DNA of 64,000 nucleotides from Rickettsia sp. (GTDB lineage Bacteria; Pseudomonadota; Alphaproteobacteria; Rickettsiales; UBA1997): NCBI GenBank assembly GCA_038131245.1, contig JAYPPA010000009.1, positions 6,215 to 70,214 of the forward strand, read 5' to 3'. Shown piece by piece: positions 58,359 to 64,000 of this stretch (position 1 is its first letter; each line of letters starts with the position of its first letter). The notes under the pieces were generated by a model. It saw only the letters and a program-made list of their open reading frames with translations, ran no database searches and was not told where the DNA came from. The position numbers and the translations under genes were made by a program.

Positions 58359-58757
58359 TTAGAATATTTTAAGTAAAATTTCACCACCTAGCTTTTGCTG
58401 TCTAGCTTGGTGATCAGTCATAATTCCTTTCGAAGTAGAAACAAGCACCGTTCCTAACCCATTACTTACAACTGGTATATCTTTGCAATTATTATAAATC
58501 CTTCTTCCTGGCTTTGAAACAACTTCAATAGTTTCAACAACCGGCTTTTGATTGAAATATTTTAGACTAATTTCTAGACTTTCAATTCCATTATCAGCTT
58601 TGCTTTTGCTATATCCAGTAATATAACCTTCTTCTTTCAAGATATCTAAAATTGCCACTCTAACTTTTGAAGATGGCGAAGAAATGGTGTTCTTGTAAGC
58701 AAGATAACCATTTCTGATTCTAGTTGCGATATCTGATACTGGGTGATTCGATGTCAT
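58359..58757 (-). CDS. rpsH: 30S ribosomal protein S8
   Basis: Contains DIATRIRNGYLA; ...GGEILLKIF. Confidence 0.95.
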   Translation of the reverse strand: MTSNHPVSDIATRIRNGYLAYKNTISSPSSKVRVAILDILKEEGYITGYSKSKADNGIESLEISLKYFNQKPVVETIEVVSKPGRRIYNNCKDIPVVSNGLGTVLVSTSKGIMTDHQARQQKLGGEILLKIF

Positions 58758-58784
58758 TATACTTCTTTATTTCATTAATATAAA

Positions 58785-59090
58785 TTACCAACTTGACTTT
58801 CTTAGCCCTGGAAGCTGAGCCCATGAGGCTAGATCCCTAATGGCAATTCTTGAAAGACCGAAATATCTAAAATATCCTCTTGGTCTTCCAGTAAGGCTAC
58901 ATCTATTTCTAACTCTATCTTTTGCACCATTTCTTGGCAATTGAGATAGTTTAATTTGCGCCTCAAGCCTTTCATCAAATGAAAGATCTTTATTTTTTGC
59001 AATTGCTTTTAACTTAACCCTCTTTTCCTTTTGAAGGTTAGTTAGCTTTTTTCTTTTATCATTTTGTAAAACTGCAGACTGCTTAGCCAT
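58785..59090 (-). CDS. rpsN: 30S ribosomal protein S14
   Basis: 101 aa. ...RNRC..TGRPRGY.R.FGLSRI..R......LPG..K.SW. Confidence 0.95.
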   Translation of the reverse strand: MAKQSAVLQNDKRKKLTNLQKEKRVKLKAIAKNKDLSFDERLEAQIKLSQLPRNGAKDRVRNRCSLTGRPRGYFRYFGLSRIAIRDLASWAQLPGLRKSSW

Positions 59091-59098
59091 AAATTATA

Positions 59099-59635
59099 TT
59101 ATTTAATTGGAAAATTGATTCTTTTTAGCAAGTAAAGCACTTCTTCTTTCTTTTTTGAAGTCGTAGCAATGCTAATATTCATACCAAATGTTTTAACTAC
59201 ATTATCTAAATCAACCTCAATAAAGATTCCGTGATCCTTAATACCAAAGCTATAATGGCCACTTTGGTTAAAACCTTTTGCAGACAAGCCTCTAAAATCT
59301 CTGATTCTTGGTAGGGCAATATTTACCAATCTATCAAGAAATTCATACATTTTTTTGCCACGAAGAGTAACTTTACAGCCAATTGGCGTATCTTCGCGCA
59401 ATTTAAATGTAGCAATTGATTTTCTTGCTTTGGTTAAAACTGCTTTTTGTCCAGCAATATTTGATAATTGAGTTACCAAATAAGTTAGGAATTTAGTATC
59501 AGAATCAGTTGATTTGATTCCAACATTTAAAGTTATTGACTTTAGGCGAGGAATTTCCATATCGTTCTTTAAAGAGAATTTCTCTTTAAGCTCGGCAATT
59601 GATTCTTTATATAATTTTTCAGTTAACGTAGTCAT
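59099..59635 (-). CDS. rplE: 50S ribosomal protein L5
   Basis: Conserved position; PRIRDFRGLS.K.F...G.YSFGI. Confidence 0.95.
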   Translation of the reverse strand: MTTLTEKLYKESIAELKEKFSLKNDMEIPRLKSITLNVGIKSTDSDTKFLTYLVTQLSNIAGQKAVLTKARKSIATFKLREDTPIGCKVTLRGKKMYEFLDRLVNIALPRIRDFRGLSAKGFNQSGHYSFGIKDHGIFIEVDLDNVVKTFGMNISIATTSKKKEEVLYLLKRINFPIK

Positions 59636-59647
59636 TTTTTAAAATAT

Positions 59648-59965
59648 TTAACTATCTATTTTTTTACCAGATTTCTTAGAAATCCTTGATTTTCTAGTGA
59701 AAGCCTTTCCTTCACCTTCAGAAATTTCAAATCTCACTTTTACTGGCTTACCATCTTCTTGATGAGCAATATTGGAAATATGAATCGGTTTTTCAACTTT
59801 TTCAATCTTTCCAGGCTCTTGTGAAGTTGGTTTCTTATGAATTGTTTTAATATTCACACCTTCAACCAATACTTTATCTTTAATAACAGATAAAATTTTT
59901 CCTTTCTTTCCTTTATCAGCTCCTGAAATTACAATAATTTCATCATTTTTTTTGAACTTGTTCAT
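59648..59965 (-). CDS. rplX: 50S ribosomal protein L24
   Basis: Begins MNKFKKNDEIIVISGADKGKKGKI. The track start (TTG, 59971) is replaced by the ATG at 59965. Confidence 0.9.
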   Translation of the reverse strand: MNKFKKNDEIIVISGADKGKKGKILSVIKDKVLVEGVNIKTIHKKPTSQEPGKIEKVEKPIHISNIAHQEDGKPVKVRFEISEGEGKAFTRKSRISKKSGKKIDS

Positions 59966-59982
59966 AATCAAATCTTTAATTT

Positions 59983-60351
59983 TTACAATACTTCTGGTGC
60001 TAGTGAAGCAATTTTCAAAAACCCTGCTGATCTAACTTCACGAGAAATAGGACCAAAAACACGAGTTCCTATAGGCTCTCCGTCTTTATCAACAAGCACA
60101 ATAGCATTTTCATCAAACTTCAAAACACTTCCGTCAGGTCTTGAAACTTGACTTTTTGTTCTAACAATAACGCCTTTTGCAACTTCACCCTTTTTCACTT
60201 TAGAGCCAGGAGCAACGCTAGTTATTGAAACAACAATAATGTCAGCAATTTCACTAATCATGTGGTCGCTTCCGCCTAAAACTTTAATACATCTAGCAGT
60301 CTTTGCGCCTGAGTTATCTGCTACTGTAAGTTTTGTTCCCATTTGAATCAT
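59983..60351 (-). CDS. rplN: 50S ribosomal protein L14
   Basis: Begins [17 protein letters not shown]. Confidence 0.95.
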   Translation of the reverse strand: MIQMGTKLTVADNSGAKTARCIKVLGGSDHMISEIADIIVVSITSVAPGSKVKKGEVAKGVIVRTKSQVSRPDGSVLKFDENAIVLVDKDGEPIGTRVFGPISREVRSAGFLKIASLAPEVL

Positions 60352-60388
60352 AATCTAATAATCCCTTTAATTTACTATAATTTTAGAG

Positions 60389-60598
60389 CTATACTAAAGC
60401 CCATCTTTTTCTTTTTGATATTGGTCTAGAGCCTGTAATTTCAACTTCAGAGCCAACCTCAACTTTTTTACCAGCCGAGTGAACTAAATATTTTTTATGA
60501 CGAGTAATAAATTTTCCATATTTAGGATGCTTTTTATAGCTAGTAGCTTCAGCCTTAAATGTATTTTCGTCAATAATGTTCAATACTTTAACTTTCAT
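60389..60598 (-). CDS. rpsQ: 30S ribosomal protein S17
   Basis: Contains KHPKYGKFITRHKKY..H; ...RPISKRKRWALV. Confidence 0.9.
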   Translation of the reverse strand: MKVKVLNIIDENTFKAEATSYKKHPKYGKFITRHKKYLVHSAGKKVEVGSEVEITGSRPISKRKRWALV

Positions 60599-60600
60599 AG

Positions 60601-60786
60601 TTACTTTTTATTATTATTCTTGTCATTAACCTTAGTTAAGAGCCTTGCGATCTCTTTTTTCTTAATCCTGTAATCCTTCAAATTGATAGCGTCTCCTGAA
60701 GAACCTTTAATTCTAAGCATCATAAGATCCTTTTTAAGCTTTGCTACATCCGCTAATATGGACTTTTTTTCCTCTTGATTTACCAT
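60601..60786 (-). CDS. rpmC: 50S ribosomal protein L29
   Basis: 61 aa, between rplP and rpsQ. Helical, with ...L..L...LR. Confidence 0.85.
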   Translation of the reverse strand: MVNQEEKKSILADVAKLKKDLMMLRIKGSSGDAINLKDYRIKKKEIARLLTKVNDKNNNKK

Positions 60787-60809
60787 TTTTTATATAAAAT
60801 AAAATTAAT

Positions 60810-61223
60810 CTAATTTCTGGTTACAATTTTAGTTTTAAAAGGCAATTTTGCAGACGCCTTTACCAATGCAGCCGTAGCAGTCTCGCCGTCGATACCATCA
60901 ACTTCGAAAATTATTCTGCCTGGCTTAATTTTTGCCACATAATATTCTACGTTACCTTTACCACTTCCCATTCTAACCTCTGCAGGTTTTGTAGTAATAG
61001 GAGTGTGAGGAAATACTTTAATCCAAAGCTTTCCGGCTCTTTTCATATATCTAGTAATAACTTTTCTAGCAGACTCAATCTGTCTAGAGTTTAATTTACC
61101 AGAACCAAGGGCTTTTAATCCAACAGATCCGTTAGATAAAGTAAAGCCAGAAGTTGCACTTCCTTTAATTTTTTTACCGCCTTTCTGAGCCTTGCGGTAT
61201 TTTGTTTTTGCCGGAGTTAACAT
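60810..61223 (-). CDS. rplP: 50S ribosomal protein L16
   Basis: Begins MLTPAKTKYRK.QKG; RMGSGKGNVEYYVA. Confidence 0.95.
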   Translation of the reverse strand: MLTPAKTKYRKAQKGGKKIKGSATSGFTLSNGSVGLKALGSGKLNSRQIESARKVITRYMKRAGKLWIKVFPHTPITTKPAEVRMGSGKGNVEYYVAKIKPGRIIFEVDGIDGETATAALVKASAKLPFKTKIVTRN

Positions 61224-61240
61224 TTCTTAAATAATTCAAA

Positions 61241-61882
61241 TTAATTAAATTTGCTTTTCTTTTCAACAAAGCCTTTATAAATCCAAACTTTAACACCAAT
61301 AACACCATAGGTGGTATGAGCATTAGCAATTGCGTAGTCAATATCACATCTTAAAGTATGAAGAGGAATTGAACCTTCTTTATACCATTCAGTTCTGGCG
61401 ATTTCGGCACCGCCTAGCCTTCCAGAAACGCTGACCTTGATACCAAGAGCGCCAAATTTCATTGCTGACTGCATTGACTTTTTCATAACTTTTTTAAATG
61501 CAGATCGATTTTCAAGTTGCTTAGCTATGTTTTGAGCCACAAGAGACGAATTAATGTCAGGCTTGCTAATCTCAACAATTTTCACTTCAACCTTTTGGTT
61601 TGCAATTTTTTCTACCTCTTGGTTGATTTTTTCAATATCATTACCTTTTTTACCAATTAAAACACCCGGTTTAGAAGTTTTGATGATAAGAATTATTTTA
61701 TCTGAAGGTCTTTCAATAACAATCTTACCAATACCGCAATGAGCATATTTCTTTTGGATAAACTGTCTAATTTTAATATCGCCGATAATTTTTTGGGCAT
61801 AACCTTTATTATCGTACCAAACTGAATCCCAGTTTTTATTATTTAGAAGCCTAAAACCTACTGGATTTACTTTTTGACCCAT
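61241..61882 (-). CDS. rpsC: 30S ribosomal protein S3
   Basis: Begins MGQKVNPVGFRL; GRLGGAEIAR.E. Confidence 0.95.
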   Translation of the reverse strand: MGQKVNPVGFRLLNNKNWDSVWYDNKGYAQKIIGDIKIRQFIQKKYAHCGIGKIVIERPSDKIILIIKTSKPGVLIGKKGNDIEKINQEVEKIANQKVEVKIVEISKPDINSSLVAQNIAKQLENRSAFKKVMKKSMQSAMKFGALGIKVSVSGRLGGAEIARTEWYKEGSIPLHTLRCDIDYAIANAHTTYGVIGVKVWIYKGFVEKKSKFN

Positions 61883-61884
61883 AA

Positions 61885-62424
61885 TTATTCTCCTTTATTG
61901 TTATTTTCCTTTTTATCTTCTACTTTAGGAGCTTTTGACTCTTTAGCAGTTTCCTTCTTTTCTACTTTTTTATCCTCTTTTTTAGGGGCTGCAGTTTTTT
62001 TAGGAGCCTCTTTTTTAGAAGATTTTGTTTCTTTCTTAGCTTCTTTTTTAGGAGCTTTCTTTTTAGATTCCTTTGCCTCTTCTTCTTTTTCAGCCACAAC
62101 AACTCTGATGTTACTGAAGGTTTTAAGGATTCTACTAGATTTTCCTCTACCTCTAGTGTGGAATCTTTTTAAAACAAAAGCTTTACCGATGTCAATTCTT
62201 TTAATGTAAAGGTTATCAACATCCATATCGTGGTTGTTTTCAGCATTTGACATCGCTGAATATACCAAAGTTCTTAAAATTGGAGCCAGCCTCAGCTTGC
62301 TAAATTTTAATAGATCAAGAGCCCTTGCAACAGGCATGTTTCTTATGCCGTTAGCGACTTTCATCACCTTCAGAGGACTTGACTTTACCGATTTTAAATA
62401 TGCAACAGCAGTTTTCTCGCTCAT
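61885..62424 (-). CDS. rplV: 50S ribosomal protein L22 with a Lys/Glu-rich C-terminal extension of about 60 aa
   Basis: The L22 core (SPLKVMKVANGIRNMPVARALDLLKFS ... RFHTRGRGKSSRILK) is followed by EKEEEAKESKKKAPKKEAKKETKSSKKEAPKK.... Confidence 0.9.
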   Translation of the reverse strand: MSEKTAVAYLKSVKSSPLKVMKVANGIRNMPVARALDLLKFSKLRLAPILRTLVYSAMSNAENNHDMDVDNLYIKRIDIGKAFVLKRFHTRGRGKSSRILKTFSNIRVVVAEKEEEAKESKKKAPKKEAKKETKSSKKEAPKKTAAPKKEDKKVEKKETAKESKAPKVEDKKENNNKGE

Positions 62425-62427
62425 ATC

Positions 62428-62706
62428 TTATTTCTTTTTAACAGTTTTACTTCCAGCATGCCCATAAAATGTTCTAGTCGGAGCAAATTCACCGAATTTG
62501 TGACCAACCATTCCTTCAGTAACTGATACTGAAATGAATTTTTTACCATTATGAACGGCAAAATTAACGCCAACAAATTGTGGCAAAATAACAGACCTTC
62601 TAGACCAAGTTTTAATAACTTGCTTCTTAGAAGAATCTATGTAATCTTTAGCCTTTTTAATTAGATATCCATCTACAAAAGGCACTTTCCATGACGATCT
62701 TGGCAT
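62428..62706 (-). CDS. rpsS: 30S ribosomal protein S19
   Basis: Begins [12 protein letters not shown]; [15 protein letters not shown]. Confidence 0.95.
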   Translation of the reverse strand: MPRSSWKVPFVDGYLIKKAKDYIDSSKKQVIKTWSRRSVILPQFVGVNFAVHNGKKFISVSVTEGMVGHKFGEFAPTRTFYGHAGSKTVKKK

Positions 62707-62765
62707 AAAAAATATATATTATATTATCAAATCTTACAAAATGCAAGATTTCTTTTAAAATTAAA

Positions 62766-63599
62766 TTACTTCTTTCTTCTAGATTTTGAAATAAATACAT
62801 TTGAAGTTTTATTTCTTTTTCTAGTAATTTTACCCTTAGTTGGTTTACCGGTAGGAGAAACTGGGTGTCTACCACCAGAAGTTCTACCTTCACCACCACC
62901 ATGAGGGTGATCCACTGGGTTCATCGCAACACCTCTAACTGTTGGCCTGACACCCTTCCACCTCGCTCTACCAGCCTTACCGATAGTAGTGTTTTTATTA
63001 TCGGAATTTGATACAGTTCCAATAGTGGCCAAACACTGTAGTTGGAAAAGTCTAATTTCACCAGATTGAAGCTTTACAAGAGCATATCCACTATCTTTAC
63101 CAACAAGCTGTGCATATGAACCAGCTGATCTAGAAATAACTCCACCAGCACCTGGCTTTAATTCAATATTATGAATAATGGTACCAATAGGAATTTCAGA
63201 CAAAGGTAGTGCATTACCAACTTTAATGTCGGTTAACTTCCTAGAAGAGATGACTTTGTCACCTTTTGCTAATTTATCTGGAGCTATGATATAAGAGTAA
63301 ACACCGTCGCTATATTTTAATAAAGCGATAAATGCAGTCCTGTTTGGATCATACTCAATTCTTTCAACAGTTCCTTCTACATCATATTTATCTCTTTTAA
63401 AATCGATAACTCTGTATGACTTTTTATGACCGGCAGATTTATGTCTAACGGTAATATGTCCCATGTTGTTTCTTCCAGCTTTTTGCTTAGATTTTCTGGT
63501 CAATATTTTCAATGGAGCACCTTTCCACAACTCACTCCTGTCAATAGTTACAAGCTCTCTAAGAGATGGTGTAATAGCTTTATAATTTTTTAAAGACAT
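62766..63599 (-). CDS. rplB: 50S ribosomal protein L2
   Basis: Contains [23 protein letters not shown]. Confidence 0.95.
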   Translation of the reverse strand: MSLKNYKAITPSLRELVTIDRSELWKGAPLKILTRKSKQKAGRNNMGHITVRHKSAGHKKSYRVIDFKRDKYDVEGTVERIEYDPNRTAFIALLKYSDGVYSYIIAPDKLAKGDKVISSRKLTDIKVGNALPLSEIPIGTIIHNIELKPGAGGVISRSAGSYAQLVGKDSGYALVKLQSGEIRLFQLQCLATIGTVSNSDNKNTTIGKAGRARWKGVRPTVRGVAMNPVDHPHGGGEGRTSGGRHPVSPTGKPTKGKITRKRNKTSNVFISKSRRKK

Positions 63600-63630
63600 A
63601 ATATATTTTTATAAATTCTATATAAATAAT

Positions 63631-63918
63631 CTAATTAAACTCAATAGTATCGCCCTCTTTTAAGGTAACTATTGCTTTTTTTCTAGCTTTAGTTACTCCA
63701 GCAATTCCTCTAAAATTTCTATTTTCAGAACGAATATTGGCGATATTAACTTTTTGTACTTCAACTTTAAAAAGCTTCTTAATCAAAGAAGCAATTTCTT
63801 TTTTATTGCATTTTGGGTCGATTTCAAAACAATATTTATTGTTATCAGCTAACTGCTTATTAGTTTTTTCAGTATAAACTAAACCCTTAATCTTGTCGTA
63901 ATTTAAAATCCCTGTCAT
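63631..63918 (-). CDS. rplW: 50S ribosomal protein L23
   Basis: 95 aa, between rplD and rplB. ...KKAIVTLKEGDTIEF. Confidence 0.9.
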   Translation of the reverse strand: MTGILNYDKIKGLVYTEKTNKQLADNNKYCFEIDPKCNKKEIASLIKKLFKVEVQKVNIANIRSENRNFRGIAGVTKARKKAIVTLKEGDTIEFN

Positions 63919-63922
63919 ATTC

Positions 63923-64000
63923 TTATAGTGATTTAATTATTTTTTCGTCAAAAGTCTTCTCATCTAAGATGATTTTTTCAAATCTTAGTAAATCATAAGT
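63923..64000 (-). CDS. rplD: 50S ribosomal protein L4, C-terminal 25 codons only (5' part outside the window)
   Basis: Hand translation of the minus strand gives ...TYDLLRFEKIILDEKTFDEKIIKSL, with a stop at 63925-63923. Position upstream of rplW fits the S10 operon. Confidence 0.7.
   Translation of the reverse strand, partial: TYDLLRFEKIILDEKTFDEKIIKSL

Noticed and set aside
62657-62902. 81-aa minus ORF spanning the rplB-rpsS junction
   Set aside because: It overlaps the 3' end of rplB out of frame and the rpsS start region. The conserved operon structure leaves no room for an extra gene.

Overview
This is a strongly AT-rich bacterial chromosomal window. Gene order suggests an alphaproteobacterium of the Rickettsiales/Holosporales type with an intracellular lifestyle. 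The supporting signs are the order secY-adk-rpsM-rpsK-rpoA-rplQ without rpmJ/infA/rpsD, the fixH-fixI-fixS genes, a tandem nifS-like + iscS pair, and ankyrin-repeat genes.

Housekeeping content:
- thiC, fixHIS and a rhodanese gene
- dnaA, acpP, sppA and rpsA
- a Zur-controlled zinc-uptake module (zur, tonB, TonB-dependent receptor)
- the isc cluster (iscR, nifS-like, iscS, iscU, iscA, hscB, hscA)
- der, trpC, purQ, mreBC, leuA, an LD-carboxypeptidase and an isolated nuoD
- ruvB and coaBC
- a 13 kb ribosomal-protein block, from the rplD 3' end through rplQ, followed by rplS

Three accessory islands interrupt this backbone:
1. Positions 1-9317 hold two tandem giant genes. One is a >1390-aa Pro/Ala/Arg-rich modular ORF that runs off the left edge and is missing from the supplied ORF track. 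It carries a HAD-like DxDxT domain and eukaryote-like linear motifs. The other is a 1659-aa orphan.
2. Positions 30976-35204 hold three ankyrin-repeat genes where fdx normally follows hscA. They share a GC-rich C-terminal tail.
3. Positions 44462-47967 hold a start/stop-overlapping pair. The first gene is a Ser/Thr/Pro-rich protein with an unknown module fused to an Asp/Glu racemase. The second is a Cache-type sensor kinase with a degenerate ATPase domain.

The unknown module in the racemase fusion recurs in the giant protein at 1-4178, which points to a lineage-specific family of candidate secreted proteins.

The non-coding signals fall into two groups.
- Regulatory: two identical Zur-box palindromes, an IscR type-1 site, and two copies of a promoter-like block with no downstream ORF.
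- Repeats and insertions: long palindromes, tandem repeats, a duplication-flanked insert between secY and adk, and an in-frame insertion in hscA.

I recognised no rRNA, tRNA, CRISPR, transposase, integrase or phage genes. All functional calls come from reading motifs by eye; no searches were run.
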